From: Escherichia phage AV101
Length of the DNA: 64,000 bases
Strand: one strand, 5' to 3'
Sequence record: OQ973471.1
Position 1 is the first letter of the stretch; each line of letters starts with the position of its first letter. The notes under the pieces are model-generated. The model ran no database searches and was not told where the DNA came from. It saw nothing but the letters and a program-made list of their open reading frames with translations. Shown here piece after piece: positions 55,349 through 64,000 of this stretch. Both the position numbers and the translations under genes were made by a program.

Positions 55349-56683
55349 TTAGAACAGGCCTTTGATCAGCCCTTTACGGAAGTACACGTTGGTGTCCTTG
55401 GCGATACCATCCGCAGTCACATAGACCTGTGGATCCTGGTTCGCTGGGATCTGAACGAATGGGTTAGCACAAATCCCGTAGCGGGTCTTGAACGCCATAC
55501 GTGGTGCGAAGGTGGTTTCACCCTGGGTGCGGTACATTTCCAGCGGCACGTATGGCGCGAAGAAGATACCAGCATCCAGTGCGGTTGCACCTTTGTATGC
55601 CAGGGTGATGTATTCTGCTACTGCATACGGGTCGATGTAGACACGCATACCGTTAGACAGCACACCAGCGAAGGTCTGGCCAGTCGGATCAATCGCCAGC
55701 TTGGTGTTTTCCTGCAGAGCCGGAGCATAATCCAGCATGCCGGACATCGCCAGAGCGGATGCTACGTTCGGGGAGCACAGAACACGGTTGCCTTTACCAC
55801 GACGGGTGTCAACACCGATGCCGTTCGCTTCAACTTCCAGCATGAAAGTCATGTACTTCCATTTTTCCAGCGCCCAACGACCGGAGATGTCAGTGGAGAT
55901 GTCTACGATACCGTTGGTGCCGAATTTTTTGAAGCGTACTGCGCTGAAGTTCATGGTGCGGATAAACTCACGGTTCATCTCTGCCTGAATTTCAGTTACC
56001 ATCACGTCGGACAGGATGCTGTCAACGTCTTCGCCGTGGATCGCCATCATGTCCTGGCGCAGTTCGTGGCTGTAGTCAGCGTACAGGCCGCGAGACTTCG
56101 CAGTCACGGTTGCTTTCTGAACGGTGATACCGACACGTGCCCATGGGTTGGTGGTGGTGCCCAGCAGTTCAGCGTCGGAAGTTGACATGCCTTTACCGAT
56201 GGTGGTGGTAGCAGCGCCGGAACCTTCGATCTCAGTCTGGGTAAAGCCAGATGGGTCGCCAGCCTGAGCAGTGTCGTCACCAGAGTAGCCAGAATCAGCT
56301 TCCTGCATGAACAGTTCTTTACGGGAATGTTGGGTGTTGGAGCCGCCGTCTGAAATGCCCTGGCGAGCACGCAGAGCAAAGATCTGACCGTCAGGACCAG
56401 ACAGCGGCTGAACGCCGAAGAAGTCCATCGCGATGTTGACCGGAGCCAGACGTTTGGCCATGTCGATCAGGACTGGCTGCCATTTGCCCACAGAGGCGTT
56501 CACGGAGCCAGGAGCGTCGGATTCGCCCAGGTTTTTGGCGTTCCACTCAGCCTGGTTTTGCAGCAGACGGACGGCAACGTTTTCGGCAGAAAGCGGCTGG
56601 ATGCTTTCAGATTCTTTCTGAAGAACTGGCAGCCACTGCTCGCGCATTTGTTCGGTAACAAGTTTCTTAGCCATGATGGTCAT
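55349..56683 (-). CDS. gp23: Major capsid protein (T4 gp23-like)
   Basis: FGVQPLSGPDGQIFALRA, DNPWARVG, FAGVLSNGMRVYIDPYA, DAGIFFAPYV, FKTRYGI match T4 gp23 blocks. Confidence 0.9.
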   Translation of the reverse strand: MTIMAKKLVTEQMREQWLPVLQKESESIQPLSAENVAVRLLQNQAEWNAKNLGESDAPGSVNASVGKWQPVLIDMAKRLAPVNIAMDFFGVQPLSGPDGQIFALRARQGISDGGSNTQHSRKELFMQEADSGYSGDDTAQAGDPSGFTQTEIEGSGAATTTIGKGMSTSDAELLGTTTNPWARVGITVQKATVTAKSRGLYADYSHELRQDMMAIHGEDVDSILSDVMVTEIQAEMNREFIRTMNFSAVRFKKFGTNGIVDISTDISGRWALEKWKYMTFMLEVEANGIGVDTRRGKGNRVLCSPNVASALAMSGMLDYAPALQENTKLAIDPTGQTFAGVLSNGMRVYIDPYAVAEYITLAYKGATALDAGIFFAPYVPLEMYRTQGETTFAPRMAFKTRYGICANPFVQIPANQDPQVYVTADGIAKDTNVYFRKGLIKGLF

Positions 56684-56765
56684 TCCTTACATTGATATTC
56701 AGTTAAGTTGAAATTACTTAGTAGTTCAAAATCAAGCCCCCTTTCGAGGGCTGTGGCTGCTAAAA

Positions 56766-57617
56766 TTAGCCGTTGATGCCGAAGCGACGATTATAGTCGG
56801 CCAACTGACGCTTGATAGATTCTTTCAGCTCTTTGTCTGTTTCATCTTCATCGTCATCTTCATCGCCTTCTTTCTTAGGCTTTTTGCCTTCGGCTTTAAC
56901 ATCTTTGTTGTCGTCATCGCCGTCTTTACCGCCGACTTTGTCCTGGAAGTCATCGTCATCGTCATCGCCTTCTTTCTTCACGGACTTACCTTCTACCAGG
57001 TTGCGGAAGGTGTGTACGCGGGAAGCGAATTCGCTTTCGGTGGTGAACTGCACAGCTTCCAGCAGATTGACAACCGTTGCTTTCTTGGTGTCGACCATAC
57101 CTTCACAGATACGGGCGATCACAGAGTCACGCAGAGTCGCATTCGCGGCTTCTTTGATTTGACGGTTTTCGCTTTCGGCAATCGCAGCACGTCGTTCTGC
57201 TTCGGTCAGGCGGGCAGTCAGCGCAGCGATCTGGCCGTTTTCGTCGGTGGCAAAGTTGATACCAGCTTCTTTCAGAACACCAGTCAGGCCAGTCAGCAGA
57301 TTTTCAGCCGCTTCACGTTTGATCTGAGCATCGATTGCAGGAGCGTTCTTGTTAGCCCACTCTTCTACAACAGCATTCAGGAAGCCATCGACTTTCGTCG
57401 CGATTTCCATCAAGTGAGACTCTTTCAGCTGAGCAATCTCAGCCTGATGAGCTTCAACCAGACGCAGGCGCTCAATGTTGGCAGCGTTTTCGGTTTCTTG
57501 AATAGCGGTCAGGCGAGCGGCTTCTACTTTAGATTCCAGCAGACCAGACACTTTATCCAGGAAGTCGGTGCTGAGGCCGTTAACGCCCTCAAACAGTTTT
57601 TGCAATTCAGGTTTCAT
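56766..57617 (-). CDS. gp22: Prohead core scaffold protein (T4 gp22-like)
   Basis: 283 aa helical, acidic C-terminal tail; between gp21 and gp23. Confidence 0.75.
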   Translation of the reverse strand: MKPELQKLFEGVNGLSTDFLDKVSGLLESKVEAARLTAIQETENAANIERLRLVEAHQAEIAQLKESHLMEIATKVDGFLNAVVEEWANKNAPAIDAQIKREAAENLLTGLTGVLKEAGINFATDENGQIAALTARLTEAERRAAIAESENRQIKEAANATLRDSVIARICEGMVDTKKATVVNLLEAVQFTTESEFASRVHTFRNLVEGKSVKKEGDDDDDDFQDKVGGKDGDDDNKDVKAEGKKPKKEGDEDDDEDETDKELKESIKRQLADYNRRFGING

Positions 57618-57662
57618 GATTGTTTCCTTCTGAACGATTTTCAGTATTTAGTGAGGCTGAAT

Positions 57663-58331
57663 TCAGCCCAGATGTTTCAATGCGATATCGAGGCGGCGCA
57701 GGAAGTCGTCTTCTAACTGAATATTGGTTTTCACCAATGAATCGACCACATGCCCCTTAATGTCCTTAGGAACCCAAATTCCTGAAGATTCATCAAGCTG
57801 CCATTCCACAGATTCGCTCACAGCCTTTACATAACAAACTTGTCCAGAAGGACGGTCGACTGCATCAACAGCAGTGAGCATAAAGCCGGGTTGAACGTCA
57901 TCATAGCCGTTCACTGACTTGGTCTCACCAAGGCCACGTGTAGACACGGCCAGGTTGAAGTCTGCTTCAGCCAGAGCACGAATGATCTGACCTTTCGGTG
58001 TATTCAGGATCCGCGCTCGACCGATAGCGTTGGTGCCTTCCCAGCGCAAAGATTCGGTTTTGAGTGCAGCGTGTTCGATATCGGGGAAAGGATAATCCGG
58101 ATGCTTGAGTTCACCGATTGCACGACGATCCTGGATATACTCTTTGTCGTATGCTTCGACAGCAGGGATACCCACCTTTTGGAGATCGTAGTTGCGACCA
58201 TTACGGTTCACCTGGTTACACATCACGAATGGACCTTCGATGTACATGGCTTTGCCGCCAGTAGCCGTGGCCGCTTCACCAATCTGAAGGTCTTTCCCTA
58301 TCGCAGTGATCTCACGCAACAGTTTCATCAT
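57663..58331 (-). CDS. gp21: Prohead core protease (T4 gp21-like)
   Basis: MYIEGPFVM, GELKHP, IGRARI, VSTRGLG match T4 gp21 blocks. Confidence 0.85.
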   Translation of the reverse strand: MMKLLREITAIGKDLQIGEAATATGGKAMYIEGPFVMCNQVNRNGRNYDLQKVGIPAVEAYDKEYIQDRRAIGELKHPDYPFPDIEHAALKTESLRWEGTNAIGRARILNTPKGQIIRALAEADFNLAVSTRGLGETKSVNGYDDVQPGFMLTAVDAVDRPSGQVCYVKAVSESVEWQLDESSGIWVPKDIKGHVVDSLVKTNIQLEDDFLRRLDIALKHLG

Positions 58332-58338
58332 TCGCTCC

Positions 58339-58644
58339 TTAACTCAGTCCCATCATACGACGGAACTTCATTGCTTTTTTCTTACGACGCTCGATTTTGC
58401 GCTGGTATCCCATACCCATGCGTTTCTTGGCTCGGATCGCCTTGCGGTTGCCCAGCTTGCGAGTACGGCGCTCACTGGCGACCATCACCTCACAACGGGA
58501 ACCATCCGCAGACAGTTTGAAACCAGGAGCACACTGCAGACGGCGACGGCGTTTGCCTTTTGCGTTCACCTTGTCAATGACTTTCTGCTCATCCATGCGG
58601 GAAGCCAGGAAATCAGCGAACGTTGCAACTTCTTCGATTTCCAT
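58339..58644 (-). CDS. gp68: Prohead core protein (gp68-like by position), highly basic
   Basis: 101 aa Arg/Lys-rich; located between gp67-like and gp21. Confidence 0.5.
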   Translation of the reverse strand: MEIEEVATFADFLASRMDEQKVIDKVNAKGKRRRRLQCAPGFKLSADGSRCEVMVASERRTRKLGNRKAIRAKKRMGMGYQRKIERRKKKAMKFRRMMGLS

Positions 58645-58656
58645 GATACATTCCTC

Positions 58657-58827
58657 TTACTGGTCGTCGCCGAAAGGACCCATGTCTTGGCTCAGGGAGT
58701 TCAAGACATATTCAGTGCCCTGCTGGACCAGTTCTTGGGCGCGAGCGGACAGTTCCATTTCGCATTCAGCAGCAGCGGCATCAGTATCACCAGCGATGAT
58801 TGCTTTTACCAGATCGATAGCGGCCAT
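58657..58827 (-). CDS. gp67: Prohead core protein (gp67-like by position), acidic
   Basis: Small acidic ORF directly after portal gene; GAGGA RBS favours ATG at 58827. Confidence 0.45.
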   Translation of the reverse strand: MAAIDLVKAIIAGDTDAAAAECEMELSARAQELVQQGTEYVLNSLSQDMGPFGDDQ

Positions 58828-58864
58828 GTTCATATCCTCTAAATGTTTTCTATACTTAGTCGAA

Positions 58865-60559
58865 TTATTCTTCACCACCAGGAGGGTTAGTCGCTGGGAT
58901 GACGTTAGGTCTGAATTTCAGTGGACTGACTTCCCCGCTGCCGAAGCCGCCGGACTCATCTGCCTGCACTTCAGGGTATTTGCCTTCTTTCTTCTCTTTC
59001 TCGATCTTCTCTTGCTGGTCTTTGATGTCTTCATCGGACATACGCAGCAAATTGCGTTGAGCAAAATCGATAGAGAAGAGAGTGCCGATATATGGTTCGA
59101 TCTGACCGAGAGCCGCCATACGCTGTGACAAGATTTCGTTCTCTTGTTGTTCACGGATGAAGCTGTCAGAAGTGAATTCGAACTTGACGAACGGCTTGAT
59201 CTTCTCATTCCAGTCAGCCTGATCTGTAATGCCTTTCAATATCAGCTGACGGCGCAGAAGTTCCAGGAAGATACCAGAAGAATAACGACGGCGCAGGCTC
59301 GCACAGAACTTGTTGAAGCGCAATTCTTCCTGTGTGATTTCAGCAAGATTGGAACCACCGATGTTGATGGAACCTTCCTCTTGCAAGCGGCTCTTAGGGA
59401 TCATCAGAGCCTCGTAGAGCTTCTCGCGGAAGTACACCACATGATCCATTTGACCCAGTTGATCGCCACCGCCTACGTTGGAGATCTCGGTTGCGTTCTG
59501 CCCTTCGCGACGTGGTAGCCAGTAGTCCTCAGCGATACCCATCAAATGAGTGTTACCAGCCACCTTACCAGTGGTGCGATCATACGCCAGACGGTTCTTG
59601 AATTTGCCCATCATGGCTTGCATGTATTCTTCGGCCGACTTCTTACCCAGCGTACCCACGTCGAGATAGAACGCTCGCTTCTCAGGAGCACGTGTGATCG
59701 CATAGATCACCGTTGCATCTTCAGTTGTAACAAGGTTGTTCAGGGGACGGATAGCTGGGTTCAGCAGGCTTGGTACAACCCCATTCGCCAGAGGCTCTTC
59801 ACCACTGTCCAGATACACTATGCTCTCATCATCAAACACCAGCTCTTGCTGTGACGGTTGGAAGTTCTGAGACGTTCCGGACTGGCCAGTGAATTGGTTG
59901 CGGTTGTAGTTCGGGTTGTAGTAGTATTGAAGTTTTACGTCATTGATGACTTCGATACCGTCGCGCATCGCCTTTTGAACGATGTACACTGGGCGGATAC
60001 AGCGTGAGTCCATCATGATGAGTTTGGCGATACCCGCTTTCTTGTTCTTCGGGTCCACTACAACGTGGAATGCCTGACGGCCTTCAATATACCATTTGCG
60101 GATCTTCTGATACGCCGTGTTGTCAAAGTCAAGGAGATGCATGATCTCTTTGAATGCGTCAGTGATCTTCTCTTTGACTTCGTTTGTGATGCCATCTACC
60201 TTTTCCAGGTTGATGGTTACAGGAGTCTCTTCCTCTTCACAGGTGACGATGTCGTTGACAATGATATCCACAGCCTTACGAATCTCAGGCTGCTGAGCCA
60301 TAGACTGGTACTCTTCGACCAGCTGTTTGACGTTGAGCAACTCATTCTCAACACCAACGAAATTGAATGTGTTCGCGCCGCCCTGGAGGATGATGGAACC
60401 ATCCTGAGAATCGTCCAGCGCAACAACAGTCGCTTTTGAAAGCAACTTCTCTTCTTGGTTCGTGACCATCTTGTCGGTATCAATCGGCGCTTCTACTTTG
60501 CCGCCTCTGCCGAACAAGCCGAAGAACCCATTTCCGAATGCACCATTACCGAATGCCAT
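58865..60559 (-). CDS. gp20: Portal vertex protein (T4 gp20-like)
   Basis: 564 aa; size and position between gp19 and gp67/68/21. Confidence 0.85.
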   Translation of the reverse strand: MAFGNGAFGNGFFGLFGRGGKVEAPIDTDKMVTNQEEKLLSKATVVALDDSQDGSIILQGGANTFNFVGVENELLNVKQLVEEYQSMAQQPEIRKAVDIIVNDIVTCEEEETPVTINLEKVDGITNEVKEKITDAFKEIMHLLDFDNTAYQKIRKWYIEGRQAFHVVVDPKNKKAGIAKLIMMDSRCIRPVYIVQKAMRDGIEVINDVKLQYYYNPNYNRNQFTGQSGTSQNFQPSQQELVFDDESIVYLDSGEEPLANGVVPSLLNPAIRPLNNLVTTEDATVIYAITRAPEKRAFYLDVGTLGKKSAEEYMQAMMGKFKNRLAYDRTTGKVAGNTHLMGIAEDYWLPRREGQNATEISNVGGGDQLGQMDHVVYFREKLYEALMIPKSRLQEEGSINIGGSNLAEITQEELRFNKFCASLRRRYSSGIFLELLRRQLILKGITDQADWNEKIKPFVKFEFTSDSFIREQQENEILSQRMAALGQIEPYIGTLFSIDFAQRNLLRMSDEDIKDQQEKIEKEKKEGKYPEVQADESGGFGSGEVSPLKFRPNVIPATNPPGGEE

Positions 60560-60591
60560 GATTAAGTCCTCAACATTTTCTTGTAATTAGT

Positions 60592-60613
60592 GAGGGGGAA
60601 TAAGATCCCCCAG
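60592..60613 (-). terminator. Hairpin terminator between gp19 and gp20
   Basis: GGGGGA-TCTTAT-TCCCCC stem-loop. Confidence 0.45.
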
Positions 60614-60624
60614 CACTGAGGACA

Positions 60625-61158
60625 TTAGAGAGACTTGTCTGAGATGGCCTGGAAGTAACGCAGGTCAACAGTGAACTGAGTATAAGAGTCCATTGCAGAC
60701 ATGTCCAGTTCCAGCTGACCGAGGTTCTGAGGCCAGGTGCCCTGAAGGGTCCAGGTCTTGGTGACGTTGTCATTCGCATCCAGTAGTTCCATGATTACAT
60801 CACGGAAATAATCATCTGGGTTAGCAGACGCACGGTTGTTGTTGCTGCCGTTGATATACTGCTGCCAGACTTCGAATGCGTTGTACGGGGCGTTGTCCAC
60901 AACGTTGATAAACGTTACAGGCAGAGCCTCGAAGCGGCGGTCACCTGGGAATGGAAGTTCACGGCCACCCCATGGGACAAGTATTTCCCCGAGCTGGCCT
61001 GTTGGGGTATTTGTGGTAACCGCCAACAGCGAAACATCACGGATAGTATCGCTTCCAGCCACGAAGGAAGGGAAGTTAACAGTCACACGCCAACGGTGTT
61101 GGCGCTGAACGCCACCCCCGCGTGACATAGCTGCTCTGAATTCATTAACTGTAGCCAT
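60625..61158 (-). CDS. gp19: Tail tube protein (T4 gp19-like)
   Basis: 177 aa; C-terminus QLELDMSAMDSYTQFTVDLRYFQ resembles T4 gp19 QLDWDSNNEIQTFEVTLALDYWE. Confidence 0.8.
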   Translation of the reverse strand: MATVNEFRAAMSRGGGVQRQHRWRVTVNFPSFVAGSDTIRDVSLLAVTTNTPTGQLGEILVPWGGRELPFPGDRRFEALPVTFINVVDNAPYNAFEVWQQYINGSNNNRASANPDDYFRDVIMELLDANDNVTKTWTLQGTWPQNLGQLELDMSAMDSYTQFTVDLRYFQAISDKSL

Positions 61159-61178
61159 TATAGATTCTCCAGAAAGAG

Positions 61179-61877
61179 TTACACAATTCTAATTAGCTGC
61201 CAACCCGTCGTATTCAAACGCTCTGCGGTCGCAGTTTTCCTATGATACACAGACGGTGGTGGAACTGGAATACCCTTGTCGATGTAATCATAGAGTGCTG
61301 AATATTTAAGTCCCAACCTCTCCACATATTCACGACAGTTCCCGTGGATTTCGTGTTCTTCGCCGGAAGGAGATACCAATTTGAATCGCTTGGCATTGGA
61401 GTTCTTGGATCCGGTTCTTGCTTTGGCGAATTCAGACAGGCTCTTTGAGAAAGAACGCTTGACCCCGACCTTGCAGTGTATTATCTCTCCTGTCGACCAT
61501 CTAGGGTCATCACAGTCTACGAGGCCGATACGCTCTCCGGTCGATGCATCAATAGCGCCGGTCTTGCCAGTGAATGTTGCACCATCACCGCCCCAAGTTT
61601 TGTTGTACCCTTTCTGAGTTGACATGTGGGTGCCATGCTGCTTGATCAGGATGATCTCTAATTCTTTAAGATCTTTTATGGACTTGGTCTGGGCAATCAC
61701 TTGGAACGAGAATGATTCTTCACCGTGCTTGCGAATAGCTTGATGGATACCGTAGTCGGAACCATTTCGAGCGCTGTTACAATGTTCCCACCACCTATGG
61801 CTTGGGTCTCTTGTGGTGATACCGATATACGCTTTCCGATTGGCGAGATTTGCAATTTTATAAACACTTCCGATCAT
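61179..61877 (-). CDS. GIY-YIG homing endonuclease (Seg-like)
   Basis: VYKIANLANRKAYIGITTRDPSHRWWEH GIY-YIG motif; inserted between gp18 terminator and gp19. Confidence 0.75.
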   Translation of the reverse strand: MIGSVYKIANLANRKAYIGITTRDPSHRWWEHCNSARNGSDYGIHQAIRKHGEESFSFQVIAQTKSIKDLKELEIILIKQHGTHMSTQKGYNKTWGGDGATFTGKTGAIDASTGERIGLVDCDDPRWSTGEIIHCKVGVKRSFSKSLSEFAKARTGSKNSNAKRFKLVSPSGEEHEIHGNCREYVERLGLKYSALYDYIDKGIPVPPPSVYHRKTATAERLNTTGWQLIRIV

Positions 61878-61928
61878 TTCGATGCTCTCTTAACAAAAAC
61901 GATCTATTTTAACCTGTAGAGATCATTG

Positions 61929-61951
61929 AAATGCCCTCCGAAGAGGGCATT
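61929..61951 (-). terminator. Rho-independent terminator downstream of tail sheath gene
   Basis: AATGCCCTC-TTCG-GAGGGCATT perfect 9-bp stem with TTCG loop. Confidence 0.6.
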
Positions 61952-61960
61952 GTGTCATAT

Positions 61961-63856
61961 TTAAGACGCCGCGACGATACCACCGCCAGATTCGATCTCG
62001 GAGAACTCCATGTCTGGTCGAACGGAAGCAAAATCCAAAAATATCCAATTTATTGAGTATTCCGGCTTGAGCCAGATACCCGCGACCATGGTGTTGGCTG
62101 CGATAACATCAGCGGTGTTGTTGTCCTCGTCACACTTCACCATCCCGTCATAGATCGCGCCCATGTTGGCCAACTGGCGGATATATGGGCGGACAGCGTT
62201 GCTGAACAACCCACGAGTGAATGCATCGTTGTTCTCACCAAGGTAGTATTTGGCGATGGCTGCGATGTTCTGCTCTGCCATAATGAACAGACCACGAACG
62301 TTGATGCGGTCGAACGCAGATGGGCGGGTCAGGCCAGTCTTGTCGCCGTACAACACGATGCCTTCGTTGGAGAAGGTGACGATGCTGTTGATCTGGTTGC
62401 GATACAGCACAGCACGCTCATCAGAAGACGCAGACCACGCCATTCGATTATAGTTGTTGTATTTACCACGGTTGTGGAACGCCGGAGATTTGTAGATACC
62501 CGCGATTTCAATGCTTCGCGCCCAAACACCTGCGGTGCCGCCACAAGCCGGAATCCAACGCATTTTGTCGTTGTACTTGTCGTACACATACGCCCAGTTG
62601 TCATCCATGAAGAAGTAGGAGGAGTCGCGAACAAGGCTTTCACGCCAGGCCACAACATCATCCATCTCACGGCCACGGTTTCCGACGACCGTATCGCGAA
62701 GAGGAGACACGAAGGACACTGTGTCTTTACGCTCAGTGGACAGGTCGATCAGTGCCTGCTGCTCAATCAGTTCTTCACAGAAACCGAACACTGGCTTGGC
62801 ATCATACGCTTCGGCGTTGTTCAGTGCCTGGATAGCCGCAACACGGTTCCCAGTGTAATCGTCTACACCACCTTCGAGTTCAATGACACCAGCAGCCAGG
62901 GTAGTGGCGAAGGTGTACACCCAATTTGAGGTGCCGTTGATCACGTCTTTGAAGTACGCATTGGATCCATCAGATTTCTTAGAACCCTGAGCGGTCTGCA
63001 CCAGTTCATACTTCTCGATGATCGTACCGGAAGCACCAACAGTGGTGACGGCAGCGGTAGCAGTCAGACCATTCGCGTCTGGAACAATCGCAGTCGCAGC
63101 CTGAGGACCGATTGCTTTGTGAGTGACGGTGACGGTGTTGGACTTCACGACAACAGAAGAATACACGTCAGACAGGGACGTCAGCGCGGTTCCGATCTTT
63201 GTCGCCAGAGTCGCCGGGGTGTCAGCGTCAGTGTACGCCACGGCTTCACCAGCAACAGAGATGGAACCAGCAGCGGTGGCAGTACCGGATACAGAGATAC
63301 GATCAACCTGACTAACAGCGCCAGAAGAGTCGGTGATGCGACCTACTTTGTCAACGATGGCGATATGGTACTCGCCATCCTGCGGAGCATATGCGAAGTT
63401 GTTACGGAATTCCCAGGTCGGGAACAGCGCAGCGTCACAGATGTTCACAGCAATGTCGTTACCCAGAGAGCCAGCATAGCGGCCTGTCCAGGTAATAGAC
63501 GCAGATGGAGACGCAGTTTCGAAGTCTAGTTTGTTGCGGATAAGGATTGCAGTCTGACCTTTGGTTACAGCGTTGCGTGCCGCCGGACCGACCACACGGG
63601 TCACCCATGCAACAGAGCTGTAAGACAGGAAGTCGGCAATCACCAAGAAGTCGGTCGCAGTTGCATCGTTTGGCTTGAAGAATTTCTTCACCAGACCAGT
63701 TTCACCACCAGTGACCAACACAGGGAGTTCTGCCTCACCCCATTGGAATTTGCCGACAGTCGCACCCTGAACAACAACGGATGGAGACGTCTGAAGCGTG
63801 GCATCACGCTCAGTCCACTGTACGGACGGCGCAACGCTGAAGCTTTGAGTTGCCAT
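61961..63856 (-). CDS. gp18: Tail sheath protein (T4 gp18-like)
   Basis: 631 aa from ATG 63856; N-terminal KFQWGE motif as in T4 gp18; upstream of gp19. Confidence 0.85.
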   Translation of the reverse strand: MATQSFSVAPSVQWTERDATLQTSPSVVVQGATVGKFQWGEAELPVLVTGGETGLVKKFFKPNDATATDFLVIADFLSYSSVAWVTRVVGPAARNAVTKGQTAILIRNKLDFETASPSASITWTGRYAGSLGNDIAVNICDAALFPTWEFRNNFAYAPQDGEYHIAIVDKVGRITDSSGAVSQVDRISVSGTATAAGSISVAGEAVAYTDADTPATLATKIGTALTSLSDVYSSVVVKSNTVTVTHKAIGPQAATAIVPDANGLTATAAVTTVGASGTIIEKYELVQTAQGSKKSDGSNAYFKDVINGTSNWVYTFATTLAAGVIELEGGVDDYTGNRVAAIQALNNAEAYDAKPVFGFCEELIEQQALIDLSTERKDTVSFVSPLRDTVVGNRGREMDDVVAWRESLVRDSSYFFMDDNWAYVYDKYNDKMRWIPACGGTAGVWARSIEIAGIYKSPAFHNRGKYNNYNRMAWSASSDERAVLYRNQINSIVTFSNEGIVLYGDKTGLTRPSAFDRINVRGLFIMAEQNIAAIAKYYLGENNDAFTRGLFSNAVRPYIRQLANMGAIYDGMVKCDEDNNTADVIAANTMVAGIWLKPEYSINWIFLDFASVRPDMEFSEIESGGGIVAAS

Positions 63857-63908
63857 AATCTTATTCCTTCTCTGTAGAGTTTCGCTCAATTTGAAAGATA
63901 TTTAGTGA

Positions 63909-64000
63909 TCACCGTCTCAGCCATTCTTCCATAGACATACCAGAGCGTTCATCATAAACCTGAATTCCACCGAACCCTGGGATGTTCTCCACAGAGTGAG
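63909..64000 (-). CDS. 3' end of upstream gene, probably terminase large subunit (gp17-like) by synteny; truncated by window
   Basis: Open frame running into window end with stop at 63909-63911; T4 order 17-18-19-20. Confidence 0.3.
   Translation of the reverse strand, partial: HSVENIPGFGGIQVYDERSGMSMEEWLRR

Noticed and set aside
1-64000. CRISPR array, tRNA or rRNA genes
   Set aside because: No regularly spaced repeat-spacer array and no GC-rich cloverleaf-sized segments seen; repeats found are intergenic hairpin/promoter cassettes. A dedicated tRNA scan was not possible by eye, so small tRNAs cannot be fully excluded.
1-64000. Integrase/excisionase or attachment-site evidence for a prophage
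   Set aside because: No tyrosine or serine recombinase motifs found; gene content is that of a lytic T4-like phage.

Overview
This 64 kb window reads as a contiguous segment of a lytic T4-like (Tevenvirinae-related) myovirus genome, about 50% GC, with nearly all genes on the minus strand. All calls below come from reading the translated ORFs and the DNA by eye; no database search, alignment or structure prediction was run, so every family assignment is a motif- and synteny-based inference. The clearest block is a head/tail morphogenesis module syntenic with T4 (gp17 fragment, gp18 sheath, gp19 tube, gp20 portal, gp67, gp68, gp21 protease, gp22 scaffold, gp23 major capsid), interrupted by a GIY-YIG endonuclease and followed by a zinc-ribbon nuclease. 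Replication and recombination genes are present but shuffled relative to T4 (gp45/gp44/gp62/regA, uvsW, uvsY, gp46/gp47, gp61 primase, gp55 late sigma factor, RNase HI), and no DNA polymerase gene lies next to regA. Nucleotide metabolism includes nrdA, nrdB, an NrdH-like redoxin and phoH. The most interesting candidate is an overlapping Prs-like / NAMPT-like gene pair (33645-36160) consistent with a phage NAD+ reconstitution or salvage module of the kind reported to counter NAD-depleting defence systems. Other leads are an ACP-like acidic protein whose phosphopantetheine-site Ser is replaced by Glu, a cluster of exported and lipoprotein genes, a DUF4326-like gene broken at a G5 run, and repeated terminator-promoter-leader cassettes resembling the PeSL elements of T4-type phages. 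No rRNA, tRNA, CRISPR array or integrase was seen.
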